A stretch of 64,000 bases of DNA, taken from positions 402,252 to 466,251 of the forward strand of contig CAYNRE010000070.1 of the NCBI GenBank assembly GCA_964399535.1. The letters are read 5' to 3'. The notes under the pieces are model-generated. The model saw only the letters and a list, made by a program, of their open reading frames with translations. It was not told the DNA's origin and made no database searches. The position numbers and the translations under genes are program-made. Source of the DNA: an uncultured Pirellulales bacterium (GTDB lineage: Bacteria; Planctomycetota; Planctomycetia; Pirellulales; CAYNRE01). Below are positions 1 to 9,716 of the stretch, piece after piece (the stretch's first letter is position 1; each line of letters begins with the position of its first letter).

Positions 1-321
1 ACTTCCACTCGCGGTTTTCGTTGCTCAGCGCGCAAATGGTGTGGCGGCGACCGAGTGAATTCGTCGCGGCAAAGGAAGTACCACAGATTCTTCCGGCGTG
101 CATCGTTCCTTCACCACGCTGCCTAATAATCTTGCAGCGCGAGGATCCGCTGCCCGGTCCCGACCAGCCATTCCTAGCTGGTTAGCTACCCCAGCTTGTT
201 CGGGCACCACCCTCGCACCGGTTCGATCCCCCCTAAAGCAGCGTACCAGCCACTTCCGGCGCGCTATTTGCATAACCGATTCCTCGCCAGGCGGTACCGA
301 GGTCCGCGGAGATTTTCCACG

Positions 322-1143
322 ATGAGTCACGGATTCTTGATCGACATGGATGGTGTGATTTACCGAGGCTCGGAGTTAATTCCGGGAGCCGATCGCTTCA
401 TCGCCCTGCTCAGACAGCACGAGATTCCCTTTCTGTTTCTCACCAACAACAGCCAGCGCACCCGGCGCGACGTTGTCACCCGGTTGCGGCGGATGCAGAT
501 CGACGTCGAAGAGCAGCATATATTCACCTGTGCCATGGCCACGGCCCGTTTTCTGGCAACCCAGAAACCCTCGGGCACGGCCTTTGTCATTGGCGAAGGT
601 GGCCTGCTCAACGCGCTGCATAGCAACGGGTACTCGATCGTCGACCACGACCCGGACTACGTCGTGGTGGGCGAAGGCCGCACGCTAACGTTTGAAACCA
701 TGGAGGCCGCCGTCCGTATGATTTCCGCCGGCGCCAAGCTGATCGCCACGAACCTGGATCCCAATTGCCCCACGCAAAGCGGGCTGCGGCCCGGCTGCGG
801 AGCCATTGTGGCCATGCTCGAGATCGCCACGGGCATCAGGGCCTTTAGCGTCGGCAAACCAAGCCCGGTGATGATGCGCACCGCCCGCAAGGAACTAGGC
901 CTGTCGACGGCCGAAACCACGATGATCGGCGACACGATGGAAACCGACATCTTGGGGGGCGCTCAGATGGGTTACCGGACGGTGCTGGCGCTCTCCGGAG
1001 GAACTCACCGCGACGATCTGGCCCGATTCGCCTATCGGCCCGACATCGTGGTGGAAAGCATTGCCGATCTGGCCAATCCCGAGTTTGTCCTCACGCCCCC
1101 CGCCGCTTGCCTGAGCCTGTTGGCCCACTCGGCCGCGGGCTGA
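322..1143 (+). CDS. HAD-superfamily hydrolase, subfamily IIA (NagD/p-nitrophenylphosphatase-like sugar phosphatase)
   Basis: Translation from the internal ATG at 322 gives MSHGFLIDMDGVIYRG... with the DxDGV motif I. A later ...GDTMETDILGG motif III and the overall length fit HAD-IIA. The track ORF at 196 extends upstream with no support. Confidence 0.8.
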   Translation: MSHGFLIDMDGVIYRGSELIPGADRFIALLRQHEIPFLFLTNNSQRTRRDVVTRLRRMQIDVEEQHIFTCAMATARFLATQKPSGTAFVIGEGGLLNALHSNGYSIVDHDPDYVVVGEGRTLTFETMEAAVRMISAGAKLIATNLDPNCPTQSGLRPGCGAIVAMLEIATGIRAFSVGKPSPVMMRTARKELGLSTAETTMIGDTMETDILGGAQMGYRTVLALSGGTHRDDLARFAYRPDIVVESIADLANPEFVLTPPAACLSLLAHSAAG

Positions 1144-1308
1144 CCTGCGGCCAAGTCTTTCTGCCGGCGCCCACCCCCTTGGGGCCGCTTCCTCTGGGCA
1201 ACAAAAAAAGCCGCGGGGCCGATGCGCTCGGCCTCGCGGCTGTTTTTCGTGAACGTGGTCTTTGCTAGGGGTAGCCGCCGCGTCGGTCGACGGGGGCCAC
1301 CGCAGAGG

Positions 1309-2316
1309 CTATTGCGTGACGGTCCCGCTTCCGGCGCCTTCGTACACCACCGGGGCCACACCGCTGTCCGCAGGAACCGCGTTGAGCCGCGTGGCACCCG
1401 GTACATAGTCGCCCGTGCTGCCCGGCCGATAGGTGCGAGGCGGCGAGGTAGTTGCCGGCGTCGCGGTGGGCACGGCGCCCGCCGTGGCCGGGGCCTCATA
1501 AACCGGAGCCGTTTGGTAGGCCGGCGGAGTATAGCCCGTGGCGCCCGGCACGTAACCCGTGGCACCCGGTTCGTATTGCCCCGGCGTCACGGCCCCCACG
1601 TCGCTGGTCTGAGGAGGCCAGGCCGGTTGTCCGGGGGGCAGCGCCGAGCGGGCATCGGCCTGGTACACGGCCGCGCCCCCCGTATCGGCGCCGGCGGCCG
1701 TCGCCACCGGGTATTGGCCCTGCGGTACCTGGGCGGCCGGATAGCCCGGAGCCATTGCGTTCGGGGTTTGCGGATACGGAGCCTGGGGATACTCGGCCGT
1801 CGGATACGCAGCCGGGTAGCCACCCGCCGCAACATCGGCCGGCATGGCTTCGCCGGGCGCGGTGGCGTACGGCGGAGCGGTCGGGTAGCCGGCGGGCACT
1901 CCGCCCGCGGCCGGATCGACCGGGTAGTAGCCTTGCTGCGGTGCCATCGAGTACTGGCCGGCCGCGGCTGTGGGGTCATACGGCGCGCCCGTGGCCGCAT
2001 ACGGCGGGGGCGTGGCCATCGACGGATCGGTCATGGCGCCGGGGGCACCACCCGGATAGGCCATTTCGGTCTGCGCGATGGCCGGCGGGGCGCTGGTCGT
2101 GGGGAAGCCTGGCGTGGCGGTCGGAGGCACTTGGGCCATGTCGGCAGGCAACTGGGGCATGCCCGTCGAGGAGCCGGCCAGCTGAGTTTCGCCGGCGCCG
2201 CCACCGCTCCAGGGCCACCAGCGGCTCGCCAGCCGCGTCGAGCCTCCGCCTCGGCAGCCCACCAAGAAGATCAGGCCAACGGCCACTAACGTGGTTCGGG
2301 CTAGGGTCGCTCGCAT
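1309..2316 (-). CDS. Pro/Tyr/Ala-rich low-complexity secreted lipoprotein (hypothetical)
   Basis: N-terminus MRATLARTTLVAVGLIFLVGC has a signal peptide and a lipobox-like LVGC. The body is degenerate YP/PGYP/TAPPY repeats. Start is uncertain (2352 or 2316). Several long overlapping ORFs here are GC-driven shadows. Confidence 0.45.
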   Translation of the reverse strand: MRATLARTTLVAVGLIFLVGCRGGGSTRLASRWWPWSGGGAGETQLAGSSTGMPQLPADMAQVPPTATPGFPTTSAPPAIAQTEMAYPGGAPGAMTDPSMATPPPYAATGAPYDPTAAAGQYSMAPQQGYYPVDPAAGGVPAGYPTAPPYATAPGEAMPADVAAGGYPAAYPTAEYPQAPYPQTPNAMAPGYPAAQVPQGQYPVATAAGADTGGAAVYQADARSALPPGQPAWPPQTSDVGAVTPGQYEPGATGYVPGATGYTPPAYQTAPVYEAPATAGAVPTATPATTSPPRTYRPGSTGDYVPGATRLNAVPADSGVAPVVYEGAGSGTVTQ

Positions 2317-2780
2317 CGTGTTCCCATCCTGGCGGACCGCTGCTGGGGACACCGCGCTTCGCGCGGACTCACCTTCCCGGGCTCAGCGTCTCGCGCCTGA
2401 GTGAATTGGCTCTCTCTGAGGGGCACCAAGGGCGGCCATAAGCTGGGCCGATGGCTCCGACTATTCCACGTATTTCGGATGTCGGGGCGCTCAAAGCCAC
2501 ACAATCCGAAAAAGTTGCCAGTTTTTCCGCCCGAGTGGGCCGCTCTCGATGAGCCAAGCGCGGGGCGGATCATAGGCGCGGCCCCAGCGGCGGTCAACGC
2601 CAAGCCGGCCAAGGCCGCGGAGCATGCTAGCAGCGACAGCAACGCCGGGCGCGCGCCAAACACCCACGCGCGTGCTCGGCCGCCCCCCTTCCCCCAGAAA
2701 CGCCCACAGCCCGCCGGCTAAGGAACCGACGGGCTGGGCGGTGGGTTTCAACAGAACAGAATCGGAGAGCCAACGGGCAG

Positions 2781-3392
2781 TTAGCCCTTGGCCTCGGCGT
2801 AGCGCCGCGCGACTTCCGCCCAGTTAATCACGTTGAAAAACGAGGCAATGTAGTCGGGCCGGCGATTCTGGTACTTCAGGTAATAGGCGTGTTCCCAAAC
2901 GTCCATGCCCAGAATCGGCTTGTGGCCATGCATCAGCGGGCTGTCTTGATTGGGGGTGCTTTCGACAATCAGCTTGCCTTGGGGATTCAGGCTGAGCCAG
3001 GCCCAGCCGCTACCGAATCGGGTGGCGCCAGCCTTGGAGAACTCTTCCTTGAACTTGGCAAAGCCCCCCAGCTCGGCGGAAATGGCCGCGGCCAGGTCGC
3101 CGGCGGGCTCGCCCCCCGCATTGGGCCCCATGATCGTCCAGAACAACGAGTGGTTGGCGTGGCCGCCGCCGTTGTTGCGCACCGCGGTGCGAATCTTCTC
3201 GGGAACCTGGTCCACGTGGGCCACGAGCTGTTCGATGCTCTGTTCGCCCAGGTTAGTTCCCTCGAGCGCGGTGTTCAAATTGTTGATATAGGCCTGGTGA
3301 TGCTTGCCGTGGTGGATCTGCATCGTCAGCGTGTCGATATGGGGTTCGAGCGCATCGAACGCGTAGGGCAAAGCCGGCAGGGTATACGGCAT
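2781..3392 (-). CDS. sod: Fe/Mn-family superoxide dismutase
   Basis: [40 protein letters not shown] ... [18 protein letters not shown] are hallmark Fe/Mn SOD motifs (metal-ligand His residues and the DVWEHAYY signature). Confidence 0.9.
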   Translation of the reverse strand: MPYTLPALPYAFDALEPHIDTLTMQIHHGKHHQAYINNLNTALEGTNLGEQSIEQLVAHVDQVPEKIRTAVRNNGGGHANHSLFWTIMGPNAGGEPAGDLAAAISAELGGFAKFKEEFSKAGATRFGSGWAWLSLNPQGKLIVESTPNQDSPLMHGHKPILGMDVWEHAYYLKYQNRRPDYIASFFNVINWAEVARRYAEAKG

Positions 3393-4073
3393 TGTTGACA
3401 CTCCTTCTTTTTTTAGTCGCCTCGCGCGGTGGGCAATCCGCCAACGCGGCCGCTCGATTCATGGACCGCCAGACCCGAGCGCCGAAGGGCCCAGGGGCGG
3501 CTGCCACAGAAAGCCCCCCGGCCCGAAGACGGCGAATGCCCTGATTTTCGTCCCGTCAACTCTGGCCGAAAGATACCCGAAAGGCCCGTGCCTCGCAATC
3601 GGCCCCGGCGAGTGGGTCCAGCTCGCTCAACGGTCATTAGCCGAGCCCGGCCAGTTGCTCAAACCAGGGCCACGATGCGGGCCCGCTGCTGCTGCAATTT
3701 GGCCAGGCCGGCCACGGTGTTGTCTGCCAGCGACTGATAGTGGGCAATCGTGCTCGCTTCTTCCGTGTCGTCGACTCCGTCCGCCGTGCGCAAGGCGTCG
3801 TCGAGATCGGCTCGCCAACCGTTTGGCAGATTAGTCGAGGCGTCGAGCGCGCTGGAGGCAGCGCCAACGACCAACCCATCGACCGCGGTCCACCTTCCCA
3901 AGGCCTCGTCGACGATTCGCACGGCCCGGGCCGTGTTCGGGCCGAGCCCGATGCCGCTTGCTCGGCGGGGTTGTGCGAAAAAACAATGGCGGGCCGACCT
4001 TTGGCCCGTTACTGCCCAGAGGTCGATTGGGCGCGGAGTAAACGACCGCCGAGATCCTCGCCGCGCCAAGCGG

Positions 4074-4787
4074 CTAACGGCGAGCAGAGCGTCGAAACCG
4101 CCGGCCGGCCAGACCGAGCAGCCCCGCGCCGGCCACGACGAGGGTCGCACCACTCGGCTCGGGAACCACCACCAGCGAGAATTGAGCGCGGCCGATGCCG
4201 TCGACGACGCCGTCGTTTACATTGCCAGAGGCACTGCACGAGACGATCAGCAGGTAACGCCCGGCGGGCATGTGGATCGCCCCGCTGAAATCGAGCGATC
4301 CGAACGAGTCGAGTTCGACGAAATAGTTGAGCGCGTCGCGCAGGGCCAGGTAGGCGTAGCCGTTGTTTGAAGAGCCGACGCTGGCCTCGACCCATACCGA
4401 CTGCGACCGGTCCAGATCGAATTCCAGCTCCAAGCCAGAGGCCGAGCCCGCCTCGGCGGTCTGGTCCACCTGGAGCGTGCTCACAAAGGCGTCGGCCGCC
4501 AATTCGGCCGTGATCGAGGTGGGCCCGAACGACGATCGCTGCGACGCGAACCCGTCGGCCGTGGCTGGACTAACCCGAATGGCCACGCCGACCAGTTCGT
4601 CAAACGCGGCGAAATCTGGGGCGTCTTCCCGCCGATAGTCGTTGTCGAACTGGTCGGGGGGGACGCTCGCCGAGCCAAAACTAACGACGCCACGGGCCTG
4701 AGCAACCGGAACGATCGCGCCCCGGGCCGCCGGACCGACCCAGATCAGAAGCGCCAGGCCGAAAAAACACCGTCGCGCGGCGGGCAT
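4074..4787 (-). CDS. PEP-CTERM sorting-domain secreted protein (hypothetical)
   Basis: N-terminal signal peptide MPAARRCFFGLALLIWVGPAARGA. The C-terminus VPEPSGATLVVAGAGLLGLAGRRFRRSARR is a PEP motif plus hydrophobic helix plus Arg-rich tail. Confidence 0.6.
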   Translation of the reverse strand: MPAARRCFFGLALLIWVGPAARGAIVPVAQARGVVSFGSASVPPDQFDNDYRREDAPDFAAFDELVGVAIRVSPATADGFASQRSSFGPTSITAELAADAFVSTLQVDQTAEAGSASGLELEFDLDRSQSVWVEASVGSSNNGYAYLALRDALNYFVELDSFGSLDFSGAIHMPAGRYLLIVSCSASGNVNDGVVDGIGRAQFSLVVVPEPSGATLVVAGAGLLGLAGRRFRRSARR

Positions 4788-4967
4788 CTTCCGGTCCTCA
4801 TAGGGTGCCTTCGTCTGAGCAGCAGGATGCGAGTGTAATCGAAAGCAATTCGCGGTCCCAGCCCGAGTGTGGGTTGGCGCCGAGGGAAAAGCGATTCTCC
4901 GGACGCGGGCCTAATCAGACTGCTGTGGGTCAAGTAAGGTCAGCCGCCAATTCCAGCAATGCTTGGC

Positions 4968-5375
4968 TCAGGCCCCCGGCGACCGGTAGGGATTCGACGT
5001 AGGCCGGTCGGGAACCTGAAACGGGCTTTGGGGCGTTTTGTCGGGCACACCCTGTTCGGCGAGTCGCTCAACGGTGTTCCAGTCGATTACGGCTTCGAGG
5101 AAAGGCCAAATCTGCACAAAGCGGATTTGCATGGCGATTCGATTCAGGAGCGCCCCGACGAAAACGCCGATGTTCAGCGGCAGGAAAACATCGCCAATCG
5201 GGCCAAGCCGCTGCAAGACCCAGACCAGCATCGCGGCCAAGACCGCGACCAACGCGATCGTACGCAGCCACTGCCAGGTGAGCAGCATACCTAGTTGGGT
5301 TGGCGGTCTCTGGTGGAACTGCCGGTACTGAACAACGAGCAATCGCTCGAGTCTCGTTAGCGGGCGCGACGTCAT
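4968..5375 (-). CDS. small integral membrane protein (hypothetical)
   Basis: Two to three hydrophobic helices (LRTIALVAVLAAMLVWVL; LPLNIGVFVGALL). No recognisable domain. Start chosen at MTSRPL. Confidence 0.3.
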   Translation of the reverse strand: MTSRPLTRLERLLVVQYRQFHQRPPTQLGMLLTWQWLRTIALVAVLAAMLVWVLQRLGPIGDVFLPLNIGVFVGALLNRIAMQIRFVQIWPFLEAVIDWNTVERLAEQGVPDKTPQSPFQVPDRPTSNPYRSPGA

Positions 5376-5640
5376 CTCACAGGCCCCTTCGAGGTTGAGA
5401 CACCGACCCAAGACGGGGGATGCGGTGCGCCGGTGGGTATTCCTTGCCGCGTTCCATGAACCAGCATGCCGATCCCGAGGATTCAGTCAGATCGGTTGGC
5501 CGCCGCGGCTTGTCCGACAAGGCGAAGCCTACCCGGGCATCCTACGCCCGGTTCGGCGCGGTGAACACTCGGCGCCGCAAGCTGGTAAAATCCGAGCCAT
5601 CGGTGCCTCGATCGTTCTGTTGCCCAGGGGAACCATCCGC

Positions 5641-8145
5641 ATGCTCGGCCGCCGTCGAATTCACACTCTGTTGCGATGGACGCTTCTGTTGGGTTGGGGA
5701 TCGCTCGGTTCGGCGTACCTGGGTTCGGCCCGGGCGGCCGCGCAGCTCGACCTGACCGAGGCCACGGTGGTGGCCGACACCGAGCTTACGCCGCTGGAAA
5801 AAACCGCCCTGAAAATGCTGCTCGACGAGGTCGCGGCCCGTAGCGGGGGCGACTGGACGCAAAGCGTCCGCTGGCCCGCCGATCGCGCGCCAACCGTGGT
5901 GGTGGGGTCCAGGCGCCACTTGCCGGCAGTGGCGGGGCGGTTTGCCGCGCAGTTGGGCGAAGTTCCGGCGGAACTGCCGGCCGAGGGCTATCACATTCAA
6001 GTGCTGAGCGACGAGCAGGGCTCGGCCGTTTTCGTGCTGGGCAACGACCCCCGGGGAACGCTCTATGGCGTGGGGCGATTGCTGCGGGCGCTGAACCTGT
6101 ACCCTGATCGCGTGACACTTGCTGCCGATTTTGAGCTGACCAGCGCCCCGGCCTATTCGCTCCGCGGTCATCAGTTGGGCTACCGCCCCAAAACCAACAG
6201 CTACGACGCCTGGGATCTGCCCGTCTGGGAGCAGTACTACCGCGACCTGGTGGTGTTCGGGGCCAACGCCGTCGAGCTGGTTCCTCCCCGCACCGACGAC
6301 GACGCCACGAGCCCCCACTTTCCTCGCCCCCAACTCGAAATGATCGAGGGGATGTCGGCTTTGGCCGATCGCTACGGGCTGGACGTTTGGATCTGGTTTC
6401 CGGCGCTCGATGCAGATTACGAAGACGACCGGACCATGAGGGCGTCGCTCAAAGAGTGGGGCCAGGTCTTCCAGGCGCTGCCGCGGATCGACGCCGTGTT
6501 CGTGCCCGGCGGCGATCCTGGCCACACCCACCCCCGGGTGCTGCTCGATCTGCTGGCCAAGCAAACCGAGAACCTGCACCGATACCACCCCCAGGCCCAA
6601 ATGTGGGTCTCGCCTCAGAGCTTTAACGAGACTTGGATGGCCGAGTTTCTCGGCATTCTGCGCGACCAGTCGCCCGAGTGGCTCTCGGGCGTGGTGTTTG
6701 GTCCCCAGGTGCGGCTGAGCTTGCCGAAATTGCGCGAGGCGGTGCCCGAGCGTTATCCGATTCGCCATTACCCCGACATCACCCACAGCCGCCAGTGCCA
6801 GTATCCGGTGCCCGATTGGGATGTGGCCCACGCCGTTACCTCGGCCCGCGAGTGCATCAACCCTCGGCCACTGGGCGAGGCGACGATTTTCCGCCTGCTC
6901 GAGCCCTACACGGTCGGCTTTCTGACCTATTCGGAAGGGTGCAACGACGACGTCAACAAGGCGGTTTGGTCGGCCTTGGGGTGGCAACCCGACCAGGATG
7001 TGGAAACGATCTTGCGCGAGTACGCCGGCTACTTCATCGGAGCCGACTATCGAGAGGGTTTCGCCCAAGGGCTGCTGGCGCTGGAGCGCAATTGGCGTGG
7101 GCCGCTCTTAACCAACTGGAACGTGGAGACCACGCTCGAGCAGTTCCAATCGCTCGAGCGGCAGGCCGACAGCCAAACCCGGGGCAACTGGCGCTTCCAG
7201 CAGGCGCTCTACCGGGCCTACTACGATGCCTATGTTCGCGCCCGGCTGCTCAACGAGACGGCGCTCGAGATGCGAGCCCTGGAGCGTCTGGACCGGGCCC
7301 GGCCGGGGATCACTCGCGCGGCGCTCGACGAGGCGGAGGCCATTCTCGATTCGGCCGACGCGGCGCCGGTGGCGACCCGGCTGCGCGAGCGGCTCGACGA
7401 ACTGGCCGAGGACTTGTTCCAGAGCATTAAGATGCAGACCAGCGTGAAGCGCTACCAGGCCATCGACGTGGATCGGGGCGCGACGCTCGACACGGCCGAT
7501 TTCCCCCTCAACAACCGGTACTGGCTCAAACAGCGCCTCGCCCAGTTGCGCCAAACCGATGACGAGGCGGCCCGGGTCAGGGGCATTCGCGAGATCGTCG
7601 AATGGACCAACCCGGGGCCCGGCGGCTTTTACGACGACCTGGGTAACCCGGCCCGCCAGCCACACTTGGTGGTGGGGCCAGGCTTCGACCACGACCCGGC
7701 CTTCCTGGTTTCGGCCCACGGCGGGTTCGCGGGCCCCGAGACCATCGAGCAGGCCCAGACCCAACCCTGGCGCATGGCCTGGATGGATCACGCCGAGGCA
7801 ATGCTCGAGGCGCCGCTGGTGGTGCGCTACACGGGGCTCGACCCGGACGGCCGCTATCGGTTGCGAATCGTGTACGCGGGCGACGGTCCGCAAAAGAAAA
7901 TTCGCCTGGCGACCGTCGACGGCATCGAAATCCACCCGATGCAGGCCAAGCCAATGCCGATCCGGCCCTTGGAATTCGAGGTGCCGCTCGAGGCCACGCG
8001 TTCGGGCACGCTCGAACTGCATTGGACCCGAGAGTCGGGGCTGGGCGACAACGGCCGCGGCTGCCAGGTAAGCGAACTATGGCTGCTGCGCGGCGAGCCG
8101 GTCGAAGCCGCGGAGGTAAATTCAGGCGGAAAGGCCGGCCAGTAG
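5641..8145 (+). CDS. secreted glycoside-hydrolase-like protein (N-terminal alpha/beta domain of the GH67/GH20/GH89 type plus TIM-barrel region; possible alpha-glucuronidase/NAGLU-like)
   Basis: Signal peptide MLGRRRIHTLLRWTLLLGWGSLGSAYLGSARA from ATG 5641. The N-domain motif VFVLGNDPRGTLYGVGRLLR is followed by GHQLGYRPKTNSYDAWD...VFVPGGDPG. Family assignment is from motif memory only. Confidence 0.5.
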   Translation: MLGRRRIHTLLRWTLLLGWGSLGSAYLGSARAAAQLDLTEATVVADTELTPLEKTALKMLLDEVAARSGGDWTQSVRWPADRAPTVVVGSRRHLPAVAGRFAAQLGEVPAELPAEGYHIQVLSDEQGSAVFVLGNDPRGTLYGVGRLLRALNLYPDRVTLAADFELTSAPAYSLRGHQLGYRPKTNSYDAWDLPVWEQYYRDLVVFGANAVELVPPRTDDDATSPHFPRPQLEMIEGMSALADRYGLDVWIWFPALDADYEDDRTMRASLKEWGQVFQALPRIDAVFVPGGDPGHTHPRVLLDLLAKQTENLHRYHPQAQMWVSPQSFNETWMAEFLGILRDQSPEWLSGVVFGPQVRLSLPKLREAVPERYPIRHYPDITHSRQCQYPVPDWDVAHAVTSARECINPRPLGEATIFRLLEPYTVGFLTYSEGCNDDVNKAVWSALGWQPDQDVETILREYAGYFIGADYREGFAQGLLALERNWRGPLLTNWNVETTLEQFQSLERQADSQTRGNWRFQQALYRAYYDAYVRARLLNETALEMRALERLDRARPGITRAALDEAEAILDSADAAPVATRLRERLDELAEDLFQSIKMQTSVKRYQAIDVDRGATLDTADFPLNNRYWLKQRLAQLRQTDDEAARVRGIREIVEWTNPGPGGFYDDLGNPARQPHLVVGPGFDHDPAFLVSAHGGFAGPETIEQAQTQPWRMAWMDHAEAMLEAPLVVRYTGLDPDGRYRLRIVYAGDGPQKKIRLATVDGIEIHPMQAKPMPIRPLEFEVPLEATRSGTLELHWTRESGLGDNGRGCQVSELWLLRGEPVEAAEVNSGGKAGQ

Positions 8146-8216
8146 CCCGGGGCGCGTGACAGAGCACGGGCCGGGCCCTCGGCGACGAACACGCATTCGC
8201 CGCCGCCCCCCCCGGT

Positions 8217-9716
8217 TCAGGCCACCACCTCGCCAATGACCCGGCCATGCACGTCGGTCAGCCGCCGATCGAGCCCGTTGTGGTACCAGGTGAGCCGGGT
8301 GTGATCGTAGCCCAACAGGTGCAGCACCGTGGCGTAAAAATCCCACACGGTCGAAATCCGTTCCACGGCCCGCCGCCCCAGTTCGTCGGTGGCGCCATAG
8401 CTGGTGCCCGGTCGCACTCCGGCTCCAAGCATCCAAGCGGTGAAGGCGTCGGGATTGTGGTCTCGGCCCGTGGTCCCCTGTTGATGCGTCGGCATCCGGC
8501 CAAACTCCGTGGTCCACAGCACCAGCGTGTCTGCCAGCAGCCCGCGCTGTTTCAAATCGGTAAGCAGCGCGGCGGTAGGCTGATCGAAGATCGGGCAGTG
8601 GCGCTCGTAATCGGCCTGGAGCGTTTTGTGGGCATCCCAATTCAAGAGCCCGTCGACCCCCGAGGCCCGCGACGCGCAGAACAGGTGCACATAGCGCACC
8701 CCGCGTTCCAGCAGCCGGCGGGCCAAGAGGCAGTTGCGAGCGTAGGCCGCCTTGAGCCGGTTCGAGTCGCCCGTGCCGTAGGCGGCGTGGGTCGTGGCCG
8801 ATTCCTGGTCGAGGGCCATTACCTCGGGGGCGGAAAGCTGCATCCGGCCGGCCAGTTCGTAGGCCGCCATCCGGGCCGCCAGCTCGCTATTGCCGGGCCG
8901 CGCGGCGGCGTGGGCCTGGTCGAGCCGGGCCGCCAGTTCGAGCGTGGCCTGTTCTTCCTCGCTTGTAATCTCGGTCGGGCGCGACAGATTGCGGATCGGC
9001 CGGCCCGCGCCGAGCACGATGCCCTGTTCGGCGGCCGGCAAGAACCCGCTCGACCAGTTGGCTTTGCCGTTGGGGGGCTCGCCCCGCACGTCGGGCAAGG
9101 CCACGTAAGTGGGCAGGTTCTCGTTGGCGCTCCCCAGGGCGTAGCTCACCCAGGCCCCCGCGCTGGGAAACCCCTCGGCCGCCTGGCCGGTGTTCATCAT
9201 CACGCAGCCCGGTCCATGGGTGTTGGTCTTCGAGGTGAGCGAGTGAATGAACGCCATGCCATCGACGTGGCGGGCCAGGTGCGGCAACATGCTGGTGATC
9301 GGTTTTCCCGACTGGCCAGCAGGCACGAACGGCCAGGGGCTCTTCATCAAGTTGCCGTTCGCCCCCTGGAACGAAAGGAAATTGGCCTCGCCCGGCGGCG
9401 GCTGTCCGTGGCGCCGCTCGAGCTCGGGCTTGTAGTCCCACAGGTCCAGGTGCGAGGCGGCCCCGGGGCAAAAAATCTGCAGCACCCGCTTTGCCCGCGC
9501 CGGAAAGTGGGTTTGCCCCCGCCCGGGGCTCCAGGGCGGCGGGGCAACCGGCGACTCGCCGGCGGCGGCTCGGGTGTCGGCAGCCAGCAGGTGGGCCAGG
9601 CCGATGGTGCCCAGCCCCGTGGCCACGTGCTCCAACAGCCGCCGCCGAGTGAGCAATTGTTCGGCCACCGATCGTGGGCCGGCTGCGCCGCCGACCGGGT
9701 CAGGCTTAATCGACAT
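8217..9716 (-). CDS. DUF1501 domain protein (sulfatase/phosphatase-like, Tat signal)
   Basis: RRRLLEHVATGLGTIGLAHLLA is a twin-arginine signal. The sequence shows the conserved DUF1501 core of Planctomycetes and overlaps the end of the upstream PSD1 gene by 11 bp. Confidence 0.85.
   Translation of the reverse strand: MSIKPDPVGGAAGPRSVAEQLLTRRRLLEHVATGLGTIGLAHLLAADTRAAAGESPVAPPPWSPGRGQTHFPARAKRVLQIFCPGAASHLDLWDYKPELERRHGQPPPGEANFLSFQGANGNLMKSPWPFVPAGQSGKPITSMLPHLARHVDGMAFIHSLTSKTNTHGPGCVMMNTGQAAEGFPSAGAWVSYALGSANENLPTYVALPDVRGEPPNGKANWSSGFLPAAEQGIVLGAGRPIRNLSRPTEITSEEEQATLELAARLDQAHAAARPGNSELAARMAAYELAGRMQLSAPEVMALDQESATTHAAYGTGDSNRLKAAYARNCLLARRLLERGVRYVHLFCASRASGVDGLLNWDAHKTLQADYERHCPIFDQPTAALLTDLKQRGLLADTLVLWTTEFGRMPTHQQGTTGRDHNPDAFTAWMLGAGVRPGTSYGATDELGRRAVERISTVWDFYATVLHLLGYDHTRLTWYHNGLDRRLTDVHGRVIGEVVA

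Noticed and set aside
150-240. GGTTCGATCCC T-loop-like word and an AGCTGG…CCAGCT hairpin suggesting a tRNA/tmRNA fragment at the window start
   Set aside because: No complementary T-stem, acceptor stem or D-arm could be built around the motif on either strand. Most likely a chance match.
1222-2441. Two >300-aa plus-strand ORFs (1222-2289, 1452-2441) rich in Arg/Gly/Pro
   Set aside because: Alternative-frame artefacts over the repetitive Pro/Tyr-rich gene. Arg/Gly-dominated sequences with no signal or domain.
3659-4153. 164-aa minus-strand ORF overlapping the 3' end of the PEP-CTERM gene
   Set aside because: No domain, no RBS-like context, overlaps a better-supported gene and a +-strand shadow. 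Left unannotated (could be a small real gene, confidence <0.2).
5542-7068. 508-aa minus-strand ORF
   Set aside because: Antisense shadow of the glycoside-hydrolase-like gene. Low-complexity Arg/Gly/Pro-rich translation typical of high-GC antisense frames.
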